In this document: positions 28,151 through 37,384 of the stretch, piece after piece | Layout: every line of letters begins with the position of its first letter | Position numbering within the stretch: the stretch's first letter is position 1 | Assembly (NCBI GenBank): GCA_964477095.1 | Contig: CAYZDA010000008.1 | Span: forward strand, 276-64,275 | Length of the DNA: 64,000 nt | Source: an uncultured Bacteroidales bacterium | GTDB lineage: Bacteria; Bacteroidota; Bacteroidia; Bacteroidales; PWNQ01 | Direction of reading: 5' to 3' | Made by a program: the position numbers and the translations under genes | Notes under the pieces: generated by a model | Databases searched by the model: none | Told to the model about the DNA's origin: nothing | The model's input: the letters and a program-made list of their open reading frames with translations, nothing else

Positions 28151-29569
28151 TTAACTGTTCTGATAATAAAATTTTGCCTGTTCAATCAACTGGAGGATTC
28201 CCGGGTGATCCAGTAAGGATTCATCCAGGCTGAGGAATTCAGTATGTTTTTCAAAATCCAGGAATAAGGCTTCCTCCAGAAAAGCCAATCCTTCTTTTTC
28301 ACTATCGCTGGTGATGAAATAAAAGCTGATGCGGTACAGCAGCGAAGCATTATCGGGGAAACGTGCATGAGCTTCCAACAGTATATCAATGCCTGCACTG
28401 ATATCCTCATCTCTCAGCGCGGTTACTTCTGCCAGATCCATCCATGCTTCATGGTCTTCTTCATTGAGTTCTCTGGCGCGCTGATAAGCAATGGCAGCCA
28501 TTTCGTAATCCTGCGTGGCTTTGTATATATCACCCTGCAGGAGCGCAAAATCAGCGTTGTTGTTATTCATTTTCCTGGCTTTGAGAATAAAGCTCATGGC
28601 CTTTTCATAATTTCCTGTTTCATAAAACACGGATGCCAATCCTGCCCAGCCTTCGCTGAGGTTTTCGTTGATTTCTATGGCCTTCAGGTAATGCTCTATG
28701 GCGGTGTCATAATCACACAGCTTTTCGTAGCATTCACCGATATACTGATATGTCAGAGCATCCGGTTGTTCCAGGTTGAGCGTTTCACCATAGGCTTCTA
28801 TGGCTTCATGAAACCGTTCCTGGTTACACAATACAGTTGCTTTATTGAAATATGCCGAAGCATAATCCGGCTCAAGGGCAATGGAATAATCAAATGCTTC
28901 CAGTGCTTCCTCAAAGCGGTCAACGGTGGAACAGGCAACTCCCAGGTTAAACCATGCGATGGATGATAACGGATTTTCCTCAAGGTAAGCCTGAAAATAT
29001 TTGATGCTGGCTGTAATATCACCAGTAGCTTCAAAGCAATATGCAAGCTCATACATGGCATTATCATTAGCGGGATTGATCGCCAGCACTTTTTTTAAAT
29101 AACGGATGGCCTCGTTGAACTGACCCATATTTTCATATTCAAATGCTATGTTGGAAAATATTTCCTCAGCATCATCTTCCACAGTCAGTTTCTTATATTC
29201 CCTGATAGCGTTGTCATATTGCTGCAGCTGGCTGAAAATATTGGCTTTGGTCTTTATGATATCGGTATTGTATGGCTCCAGGTGCTCCACTTTGCTGAGC
29301 ATTGATAATGCCTGCTCAGTATTGTTGGTGATGGCAAGCAACTGAGCTTTTTTCACCTGAAAGACAATGGAATCAGGATGAAGATTCAGGGCATGGTGCA
29401 GGACTTGCCTGGCCATTTCTATTGACCCATTATCGATATAATAGTCGATAATAAGCGCAAAGTCATCTACATCAAAGAAAAAACTCTCTTTCTGTTTCAG
29501 TTTTTGCTCGAACTGCTTCACCAGTTCATCAAATTCATTATCTTCCCAAAAATCTTTATTAGTGTTCAT
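28151..29569 (-). CDS. Tetratricopeptide repeat protein
   Basis: Many TPR units (AWFNLG, AYFNKA). N-terminal FFFDVDDF..IIDYY. Confidence 0.88.
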   Translation of the reverse strand: MNTNKDFWEDNEFDELVKQFEQKLKQKESFFFDVDDFALIIDYYIDNGSIEMARQVLHHALNLHPDSIVFQVKKAQLLAITNNTEQALSMLSKVEHLEPYNTDIIKTKANIFSQLQQYDNAIREYKKLTVEDDAEEIFSNIAFEYENMGQFNEAIRYLKKVLAINPANDNAMYELAYCFEATGDITASIKYFQAYLEENPLSSIAWFNLGVACSTVDRFEEALEAFDYSIALEPDYASAYFNKATVLCNQERFHEAIEAYGETLNLEQPDALTYQYIGECYEKLCDYDTAIEHYLKAIEINENLSEGWAGLASVFYETGNYEKAMSFILKARKMNNNNADFALLQGDIYKATQDYEMAAIAYQRARELNEEDHEAWMDLAEVTALRDEDISAGIDILLEAHARFPDNASLLYRISFYFITSDSEKEGLAFLEEALFLDFEKHTEFLSLDESLLDHPGILQLIEQAKFYYQNS

Positions 29570-29776
29570 TATATTTGGTTGCCATGTTTAAAAATATCGG
29601 CTTTTTACAAAAGTAAGATCAAAGGGGCAAAAATAGCAATTAATTCCGGGCTAAAAAGCTAATTTTTTATTCATTATTAATGCACTAAGCATCAATTTGA
29701 TATTAAGTTATAAACAGATAAAGGTAGTTTAGTGTTAAAAGATTACTTTTGCGAGGCTAAAATGAAACCAACAACT

Positions 29777-31168
29777 ATGAGCTTGATAAAATCTATTTCC
29801 GGGATAAGAGGTACAATTGGAGGAAAGCAGGGTGAAGGATTATCACCTGTTGACATCGTTCGATTTGCATCAGCATATGCTGAGTTCATAAAACGTCAGA
29901 ATAATAATAAAAAGGTGAAAATCGTGGTTGGACGTGATGCGAGAATATCCGGTGAAATGGTAAACCGTCTGGTAAATAACGCTCTGATAGGTATGGGGGT
30001 GGATGTGGTTGATCTTGGGCTTTCAACTACCCCTACCGTTGAAATGGCTGTACCGGCCATGCATGCACAGGGAGGTGTTATAGTAACAGCAAGTCATAAT
30101 CCCAGGGAGTGGAATGCACTGAAGCTACTCAACGGTTCAGGAGAGTTTATTTCAGCGGAAGAAGGTAGGCTTGTGCTGGATATAGCAGCTAAGGATGAAA
30201 TGGTTTTTGCTGATGTGGATAACCTGGGTCGCTATGCTTATTATGGGCGCTTCATTCAGGATCACATCGATCGCATATTGAATCTGGAACTGGTGGATAA
30301 AAAAGCTATACAGGAAGCCGGATTCCGCGTGGTGGTTGATTGCATCAATTCCACTGGTGGCATAGCTCTGCCGCCATTACTCAAATCGCTGGGGGTTGAA
30401 AATATTGAAATGATAAATTGTGATCCCACAGGTGAATTTGCTCATAATCCGGAACCTTTACCCGAACACCTTGAGGAAATTTCCAAACGGGTAGTATCTA
30501 AAAAAGCGGATGTTGGTTTTGTTGTGGACCCTGATGTGGACAGGCTGGCTATCGTGTGTGAAACCGGTGAAATGTTTGGTGAGGAATATACGCTGGTGGC
30601 AGTGGCTGATTATGTGCTGAAGCACAGGAAGGGCAATACAGTTTCAAACCTGTCTTCTTCCAGAGCGTTGCGTGATATCAGCGAAAAAGCTGGAGTGGAG
30701 TACCATGCCTCTGCCGTGGGTGAAGTGAATGTGGTGGAAAAAATGAAGGAAGTGAATGCTGTGATCGGTGGTGAAGGCAATGGTGGAATTATCCTACCTG
30801 AACTCCATTACGGCCGGGATGCACTGGCGGGCATAGCCCTGTTTCTTTCCATGATGGCTAAATCAGAAAAACTGGTCAGTGGCATCAGAGCTCAATATCC
30901 TTCCTATGTCATAAGAAAAAGCAAAATCAGGCTGGAAGAGGGAATGGATGTTGATGGAATTCTGAATAAGATCAAAGAAAAATACAGCGAGCATCCCATC
31001 AATACCATAGATGGAATAAAGATAGAATTTGATTCCGAATGGGTTCATATGAGAAAGTCCAATACAGAGCCCATTATCCGCATATATGCTGAAAGCAACT
31101 CCGCTGAAAAGGCGATACAGCTGGCGGATAAGTTCCTCAGTGAGATCAGGCAGTTTGCAGGAAAGTGA
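29777..31168 (+). CDS. glmM: Phosphoglucosamine mutase / phosphohexomutase
   Basis: SISGIRG, TASHNP, DPDVDR, GGEGNGG, RKSNTEP. Confidence 0.85.
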   Translation: MSLIKSISGIRGTIGGKQGEGLSPVDIVRFASAYAEFIKRQNNNKKVKIVVGRDARISGEMVNRLVNNALIGMGVDVVDLGLSTTPTVEMAVPAMHAQGGVIVTASHNPREWNALKLLNGSGEFISAEEGRLVLDIAAKDEMVFADVDNLGRYAYYGRFIQDHIDRILNLELVDKKAIQEAGFRVVVDCINSTGGIALPPLLKSLGVENIEMINCDPTGEFAHNPEPLPEHLEEISKRVVSKKADVGFVVDPDVDRLAIVCETGEMFGEEYTLVAVADYVLKHRKGNTVSNLSSSRALRDISEKAGVEYHASAVGEVNVVEKMKEVNAVIGGEGNGGIILPELHYGRDALAGIALFLSMMAKSEKLVSGIRAQYPSYVIRKSKIRLEEGMDVDGILNKIKEKYSEHPINTIDGIKIEFDSEWVHMRKSNTEPIIRIYAESNSAEKAIQLADKFLSEIRQFAGK

Positions 31169-31182
31169 TCCGGCTATTTGTG

Positions 31183-31229
31183 TTGACAATCCGGTAGCTT
31201 TATTCTATCTTTGTTACTAATTAATTAGT
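31183..31229 (+). promoter_or_regulatory. Promoter with palindromic operator upstream of the BlaI-family gene
   Basis: TTG (31183) ..20 nt.. TATCTTTG (31206-31213), then the perfect palindrome ACTAATTAATTAGT (31216-31229). Confidence 0.7.
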
Positions 31230-31243
31230 TAAACTCTTAAGCT

Positions 31244-31633
31244 ATGAAAGAGCTAACCAGGGCCGAGGAGCAGGTAATGCAGATCATGTGGAAGCTGGGT
31301 ACTGCTAATGTAAAGCAGCTACTGGAAGAAATGACAGAACCAGTGCCTGCTGTTACTACTGTTTCAACAATCGTAAGAATACTGGATAAGAAAGGATTTG
31401 TTGGCCACCAAAAGCAGGGGAGAGGATTTGTATATTTTCCTGTGGTGAGCAGGGAAGATTATCGTCATAACCTGGTGAAAAGTGTGATTAAAAGATTTTA
31501 TGATGATGAGATAAAGAAATTTGCCACCTTTTTTTCCGATACCGGTCTTAAGGAGCGTGATCTTGCTTTGATCAAACGTGAAATTGATGCACAGCTAAGG
31601 AACCGGAGGAACCGGCAGCCCACACTGTTCTGA
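31244..31633 (+). CDS. BlaI/MecI/CopY family transcriptional repressor
   Basis: MKELTRAEEQVMQIMW, TTVSTIVRILDKKGFV, Y.P.VSREDY. C-terminal QPTLF. Confidence 0.9.
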   Translation: MKELTRAEEQVMQIMWKLGTANVKQLLEEMTEPVPAVTTVSTIVRILDKKGFVGHQKQGRGFVYFPVVSREDYRHNLVKSVIKRFYDDEIKKFATFFSDTGLKERDLALIKREIDAQLRNRRNRQPTLF

Positions 31634-31764
31634 AATTTTTCCTGATCTTAGCCAGACTGTTAAAACTGCAGCATGGTTAATAAATTCGTCAATAACTTTG
31701 TTTATATTGGGGGTATTCCTTCCAGGATATGTAATAAGTTAGCAAACAAAATCATCTTTTTTTA

Positions 31765-32040
31765 ATGACTTCTGACAAGCGCAAACCGGTAAGAAGAAAA
31801 TTTAAAACAGTAAGTTTCAAGGTTTCTTACAAAGAAAGAAATCTGATAGAACAGTGCTCAGAGCTGGAAGCAACAACCATGAATAAATTCATCAAAGCCG
31901 CCATACGTGAGAAAATTGCGCTTTACAAGGAGCAACTTGATGAACAGAAGAAAAACCAGGTTTCAGAAAACCAGCTCACCTTATTTACTCCCAAAAAAGC
32001 AGGCGATCAGATTTCCATTTTTGATATCGATATTTACTAG
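31765..32040 (+). CDS. Small ribbon-helix-helix-like protein with C-terminal clamp-binding-like motifs
   Basis: Basic N-terminus, beta-strand KTVSFKVS, two helices (ERNLIEQC; MNKFIKAAIREK). Tail contains QLTLF and QISIF. Confidence 0.7.
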   Translation: MTSDKRKPVRRKFKTVSFKVSYKERNLIEQCSELEATTMNKFIKAAIREKIALYKEQLDEQKKNQVSENQLTLFTPKKAGDQISIFDIDIY

Positions 32041-32370
32041 AGACAGTATTTAATTTCCATCTCATTATTTGTTTTTTTTTATTAAGAGGCTTGTAGTTTC
32101 CAATGCATGTCAGAGGAATGGTTTGAATATAAATTTTTTACACGATACCTTCCGGAATACATTGCCATTTATTATAATTCGGATTGCAGCAAGTGAAGAT
32201 TTACCAGGCCAACAGTGAGCTGATCTGTTAAAAGTAACTGCAGATAAAACTTTCCCCCATGCAGAATATGTCGGCCTTTGTATCATTTCGGGATTTTATT
32301 TGTCAGCGGAAGCAATACACTAAAAAAGTTAATGAAGCAGCAGGTGTTTGCGATTATTCTTCATACTGCT

Positions 32371-33594
32371 TTAATATTCTCTCAATTTGCTTTCAATAGT
32401 TTCATGTCTCCATATCTCAAAACAGTCTTTATCCTCAGGTGGTGAAGACAGGTTACCGGCACCAGCGCAGGCTGATTCTCCTGCGAGGGTTGTATATGAT
32501 GTAACCTTATGGAACTCGTAAGTCTTGTACTTCAACTCAAGTTTATGCGGACTTAGAGGAAGCTTACCTTCATCTGCAAACAGGTAGTTTTCATATGATA
32601 CAGTTCCGTTGTTGATGTTTCTGATGTAATTACATTCTGTTTGCCGCGTATCCGGCGCCAGTTTGGTATGTATAATATTCCGGAAGCCAGATTTCTGAAA
32701 GCGGTATTTAAAGAAAAACGAGCAGTAATTTATTCCGATGGGTAACCCTTTCTCACGCGTGTAATTCATTATTTCCAGCGCTGCCAGCTCTGATTCCAAT
32801 ACAATTGGCCTTTCTGCCGCTATAAATCTATAGCCTTTCTTCGCGAGTTTGGCTGCATTGTAAGGCGTAAGGCGCATCTGGTGAAGATTTAGGTTAGTTA
32901 CTCCGGCTTTAATCATTTCAGGAAGCATTTTTTTAAGACGCTCTGCCTCCTCCGGTACTGCGGGTATTTCAATGGTGATGTTTTTAATGGCATCTATGGC
33001 ATTATACACGCGATCAAGTTTAAAGCCATTGGCACCGATGTCGAATCTTACTTCATTCAGGCCCGCCCTGCCCAGATCCTTAAATATTGTTTTATCAGCC
33101 AGGATGCCGTTTGTGTACATCCAGATATAGAGCTCCGGTGAACAGCTATCGCGAAGTACCTTTAAATAGGCCAGTGTTCTGTCTTTCACCAGCAATGGTT
33201 CTCCTCCGCTGAAGGCCACTCCCTGAAAGCCGAAATAATTAATATATTCTGCATAGGCCAGGGGATTTTTAAAAGTCAATCCCTGCGTGGTGGGTAAATG
33301 ATCGGCTTTTTGCAGAGCCGGACAATAGAAGCAGGCCGCGTTGCATTTACCTGTGATAAACAGGCAGCTCCATTTGCCCTGTCCACACAGGCTGCAACCC
33401 GGTGAAATGTGATTCAAAAAAGGTTTGGTTCCCTTGAATAAGGCACTGCCTTCAAAAGCCAGCATCAGTGTATCCCGTTTTTGCTGATATTCTGATGCTT
33501 CATACGGGCTCAGCCAGCGAATTCCGGGATAGTTCCTGTAAAATGTCTTATGCTCATTCAGCAAATCATTCAGGTAACTGAAATATGCATTCAT
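32371..33594 (-). CDS. Uncharacterised radical SAM protein (COG2108-like)
   Basis: ISPGCSLC, ITGKCNAACFYCP, FSGGEPL, YTNG, LNEVRF. Confidence 0.85.
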   Translation of the reverse strand: MNAYFSYLNDLLNEHKTFYRNYPGIRWLSPYEASEYQQKRDTLMLAFEGSALFKGTKPFLNHISPGCSLCGQGKWSCLFITGKCNAACFYCPALQKADHLPTTQGLTFKNPLAYAEYINYFGFQGVAFSGGEPLLVKDRTLAYLKVLRDSCSPELYIWMYTNGILADKTIFKDLGRAGLNEVRFDIGANGFKLDRVYNAIDAIKNITIEIPAVPEEAERLKKMLPEMIKAGVTNLNLHQMRLTPYNAAKLAKKGYRFIAAERPIVLESELAALEIMNYTREKGLPIGINYCSFFFKYRFQKSGFRNIIHTKLAPDTRQTECNYIRNINNGTVSYENYLFADEGKLPLSPHKLELKYKTYEFHKVTSYTTLAGESACAGAGNLSSPPEDKDCFEIWRHETIESKLREY

Positions 33595-33974
33595 GGTTTT
33601 CTTCGTCAATAAAACATTAGTCGTAAAGAATAGCTGCTTATAGCCGTCAAACAGAAGATATTTTGCACCTGTATTTCGCAGTATTTTTCGCCCCGCGAAT
33701 TTACATAAGAAGTAAATATGAATTCACTTTTTTTATGATGGAAGATTTATTTTTCCGGTTATTTCTTTTGATGAGTTCTTCGTAATCAATAATTCCATAA
33801 GGGTATGATAGCCGGAACTTCTAAGCAAATCCTGTCTAAAGTGCCTGGGCGGGGGGATCCCTGTATTCAATCCTGCTGAAGTGGGTTAGTACTATTCTGG
33901 CGGCATTCAATATGCCCGGCTTATCACTCTTAATTACTTTTATGGTAATGTCCGGTTTCAGTCCGCAGATAGTG

Positions 33975-34244
33975 TCAGTGGCCTTCATGATTGTCAATAG
34001 CTACTCTGTTTGCCAGTTTTTCATGATATAGTAATTCATCGGATATACCTGCTCCATCATCCCAGGTTCGATCCTCATAGTCTGCAATAATATCCTTTAG
34101 CTTAATGTGTAGTATTTTAACTCCTGATGACCTGGTGCTGTCAAGGCGTAGTCGCCGCTCGGTTTTTACAGCGCGTTCATATTCAGGCTTATCTTTAATG
34201 AAGCCGCGGTCAAGAATAGGAAGCAGATTAAAATTTTCAGGCAT
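33975..34244 (-). CDS. Hypothetical protein resembling the N-terminal domain of HigA-like/XRE regulators, without an HTH
   Basis: IKDKPEYERA..ERRLR..LKDIIADYEDRTW resembles HigA-type N-termini. The ORF ends before any HTH. Confidence 0.5.
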   Translation of the reverse strand: MPENFNLLPILDRGFIKDKPEYERAVKTERRLRLDSTRSSGVKILHIKLKDIIADYEDRTWDDGAGISDELLYHEKLANRVAIDNHEGH

Positions 34245-34419
34245 AATAATAGTTTTTAGGGTTCGATTATTCATAAGATATAAACAAGCATACTGTATTT
34301 GGGGTTTAATAATTCACTGCAAAACAGGCTTGATTATTATCAATCTTAGAGCAATTAAAAATAGCTTCTTCCGCTATGCCTGATATTTACATCAGGTTAA
34401 AAAAAAGATTTTTTTGGGC

Positions 34420-34450
34420 AAAAAAAAGCTGCCTTTTTGAAGGCAGCTTA
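34420..34450 (-). terminator. ilvE terminator
   Basis: AAGCTGCCTT-4 nt-AAGGCAGCTT stem with an A-run on the plus strand (U-tract on minus). Confidence 0.85.
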
Positions 34451-34470
34451 ATATTGTTGGCATTCGTTTT

Positions 34471-35490
34471 CTATTCCACTATGGTAATCCAGCCGTGTTT
34501 GTCTTCATAATCGCCGTACTGAATATCCTGCAGACGTTTGAAAAGTTTTGTGGTTATTTCACCGGGCTCACCGTTTTTGGAAATCACATATTCTTTTCCT
34601 GTAGCCCGATCCTGTATGGTTCCGATGGGAGAGATAACAGCTGCGGTACCGCATGCACCTGCTTCCTCAAAAGTTTCCAGTTCTTCAACTGCTACCGGAC
34701 GTCGCTCTACTTTCAGGCCCAGGTCTTCGGCAAGCTGCATCAGCGATTTATTCGTGATGGATGGCAGGATGGACTCTGATTTCGGTGTGATATAAGTATT
34801 GTTTCTGATACCAAAGAAGTTTGCGGGGCCTGCTTCATCTATATATTTCTTTTCTTTGGCATCCAGGAAGATGGGCGCTGCAAATCCTTCATCATGAGCA
34901 CGCTCACCGGCCCGTAAACTGGCTGCGTAGTTGCCGCCTACCTTTAATCTTCCGGTACCCTGCGGAGCTGCGCGGTCGAAGTCTTTGGCTATTTGCATTT
35001 TCACAGGCTTGAATCCTTCCTTGAAATAAGGACCCACCGGTATAACAAAAACCACAAACATATATTCATCTGCCGGTTTTACGCCAACCCGCGGCCCGGA
35101 ACCAAACAATAACGGACGCAGATAAAGAGAGGCACCTGTACCATGGGGTGGCACATAATCTTCATTTAATTTGATCACTTTAAAAATAGCCTCCCTGAAT
35201 ATTTCTTTGGGTACGGGAGCCATCAGAATACCTTCAGCTGAGTTTTTCAGCCGCTCGTAATTATCTTCCCAGCGAAACAATCTTATTCTGCCTTCTTTGT
35301 CACGAAAAGCTTTCATGCCTTCAAATGCTTCCTGACCGTAGTGCAGGGCAGTGGCAGCCATATGGATATTGATATACTCGTCAGAGGTTGCTTCCAGCTC
35401 GCCCCATTTACCATCGCGGTAATAACAACGCACATTGTAATTGGTTTTCTGATATGCGAACGACAATGCTTTCCAGTTTATATCTTTCAT
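34471..35490 (-). CDS. ilvE: Branched-chain amino acid aminotransferase
   Basis: LHYGQEAFEGMKA, LYLRP, KVGGNYAAS, ILPSIT, GTAAVISP. Confidence 0.95.
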   Translation of the reverse strand: MKDINWKALSFAYQKTNYNVRCYYRDGKWGELEATSDEYINIHMAATALHYGQEAFEGMKAFRDKEGRIRLFRWEDNYERLKNSAEGILMAPVPKEIFREAIFKVIKLNEDYVPPHGTGASLYLRPLLFGSGPRVGVKPADEYMFVVFVIPVGPYFKEGFKPVKMQIAKDFDRAAPQGTGRLKVGGNYAASLRAGERAHDEGFAAPIFLDAKEKKYIDEAGPANFFGIRNNTYITPKSESILPSITNKSLMQLAEDLGLKVERRPVAVEELETFEEAGACGTAAVISPIGTIQDRATGKEYVISKNGEPGEITTKLFKRLQDIQYGDYEDKHGWITIVE

Positions 35491-35733
35491 AATATTTATG
35501 TTTTTAGATTTACATTTTTGCGATCGCTAATATAAGAAAAAATGTGGCCTGAAGAAAACAAAATCACAGTACGCTGATTGCATAATGTAAGGCTGGTGCT
35601 GAAGAAAATAATTATATGCCACACCATTTGAATGTAGTATTTTCATATTCTGAAATGCTTATATTTGATGAACCCCGAACTGCCGGCCTGTGTTTTTTGT
35701 TTATCCTTATGCCGTTATTGAAAAGATGCCACT

Positions 35734-36579
35734 ATGAAAAAGGTCAAAAATTTTTTGGAGGTTACTTTGCTTAAAGTGGAAGAAGTCCAGATAACTACCT
35801 GGGACCTGATCACTATTGCTTTAGTAATTCTTGGCAGTATTGTGTTATTTGCAGTGCTGCGGAGGGTTATGCGATTGCAGGAGAGAAAGCAAAAAATGGA
35901 AGCCGGTAAAACTTATGCAATATTGCAGATAACAAAGTACATCCTCATAGTATTGGTAATTTCCTATATTTTGGAAGCCGTAGGCATTGATACCACTTTT
36001 GTAATCGCATCATCAGCCGCCTTGCTGGTGGGCATAGGGCTGGGTATCCAGCATTTGTTTAATGACGTTATCTCGGGTTTCATCCTGCTTTTTGGCAGGC
36101 CAATATCAATTGGCGATGTGGTGGAAGTGGATGATGAGATCGGACGGGTAACGGATATTGGTTTCCGCAGATCAATGATTATTACCCGTGATGATATAAA
36201 TATAATTATACCCAACAGTAAATTTGTATCGGAAAAGGTGGTTAACTGGTCGTTTCGCAGCAGGCTGACACGATTTCATGTTAAGGTGGGGGTGGCATAT
36301 GGTTCAGATACGGATAAAGTGAGAAAACTGCTGGAAGAAGCAGCTAATGAGCATCCCGAAGTGAGCAAGGAGAAGCGGCCGTTTGCACGGTTTCACGATT
36401 TTGGTGATTCGCAGCTTACCTTCGACCTGCTTTTCTGGAGTAATAATATTTTCAGGGTGGAAAATGTACTAAGTGATCTACGTTTTTCTATAGATAAAAA
36501 ATTCAGGGAAAACCAGGTGAAAATTCCTTTTCCTCAAACCGATATTTATATCAAAGAGACTCCGCAAAAGTCCAACTGA
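35734..36579 (+). CDS. mscS: Small-conductance mechanosensitive channel (MscS family)
   Basis: VGIGLGIQ, GDVVEV, IIIPNS, VGVAYGSD, IPFPQ. Confidence 0.9.
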   Translation: MKKVKNFLEVTLLKVEEVQITTWDLITIALVILGSIVLFAVLRRVMRLQERKQKMEAGKTYAILQITKYILIVLVISYILEAVGIDTTFVIASSAALLVGIGLGIQHLFNDVISGFILLFGRPISIGDVVEVDDEIGRVTDIGFRRSMIITRDDINIIIPNSKFVSEKVVNWSFRSRLTRFHVKVGVAYGSDTDKVRKLLEEAANEHPEVSKEKRPFARFHDFGDSQLTFDLLFWSNNIFRVENVLSDLRFSIDKKFRENQVKIPFPQTDIYIKETPQKSN

Positions 36580-36589
36580 TCTGGATGTT

Positions 36590-37105
36590 TTACACCCCCT
36601 GCTCTGCTTCCTGCTTCAGCTTTCGGGGATACATAACAAAGCCGGTGGTGTGCTCTGCCTGCAATACATCCTCCCAGTTATCGGTATGAAAATTTATGCA
36701 TACCACACCGGAGGTTTGAAGGTAGTCAAGCTTGTTGTCAAGAAAGAGATTAGCGAAATTTGTAATGGTAGGATTATGACCGATTATCCAAAGGTTATTA
36801 ATATCATTTGAAAGATCAAAAAACTGGTTGGCAATCTGCTGTTCACTGCCTTCATATATCAGGCGGTCAATCTTTATCCGGTCAGCAGGATGCTGAAAGG
36901 CATGAGCCAGTATTTTCGCGGTTGCTTTGGCACGTGTGGCGTGGCTGCTTATCATCAGGTCAATCTTCACATTTTTCGACAACAGGTAATCAATCATCCG
37001 TTTGGTGCGTTTTTTACCTTTCTCAAGCAAAGGACGTTCAAGATCAGACTGCTCAGAATTGTCCCATGAAGATTTAGCATGTCGTACAAGATACAAGGTT
37101 TTCAT
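36590..37105 (-). CDS. SixA-type histidine phosphatase
   Basis: LVRHAKSSW, ERPL, SSHATRA..TA, IIGHNP. Confidence 0.88.
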   Translation of the reverse strand: MKTLYLVRHAKSSWDNSEQSDLERPLLEKGKKRTKRMIDYLLSKNVKIDLMISSHATRAKATAKILAHAFQHPADRIKIDRLIYEGSEQQIANQFFDLSNDINNLWIIGHNPTITNFANLFLDNKLDYLQTSGVVCINFHTDNWEDVLQAEHTTGFVMYPRKLKQEAEQGV

Positions 37106-37262
37106 GTTCAGATAGTTTGTTGCTAAAATATTATTTTTTATCATTTTTGCTTCATTGTTACTTTTAAACTATCATTAATTTTGTGTGATGTTTTAAGAGT
37201 GTTTGAACATCGTGAAAACGGGCAATGTTCACTGCCGCTCAAATCAAGCTAAACTTATGAGT

Positions 37263-37303
37263 TGTCAAAATGGCAGAGACATTTTCTGTGGCACATACTT
37301 TGA
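37263..37303 (+). promoter_or_regulatory. Sigma54-like promoter with upstream inverted repeat (heat shock)
   Basis: TGGCACATACTTTGA (37289-37303) versus consensus TGGCACG-N4-TTGC. TGTCA-aaa-TGGCA imperfect inverted repeat at 37263-37275. Confidence 0.55.
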
Positions 37304-37384
37304 CAGAGCCCTGATGTTTATAAAACCGGATGATATCACTATACCGGTTATTATCGCTAATCCGCAAAAAAAAATATAACAGGT

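Noticed and set aside
33790-33950. Riboswitch upstream of the radical SAM gene
   Set aside because: An imperfect long-range inverted repeat exists (TGATAGCCGG/CCGGCTTATCA), but no cobalamin, TPP or SAM consensus motifs were found.
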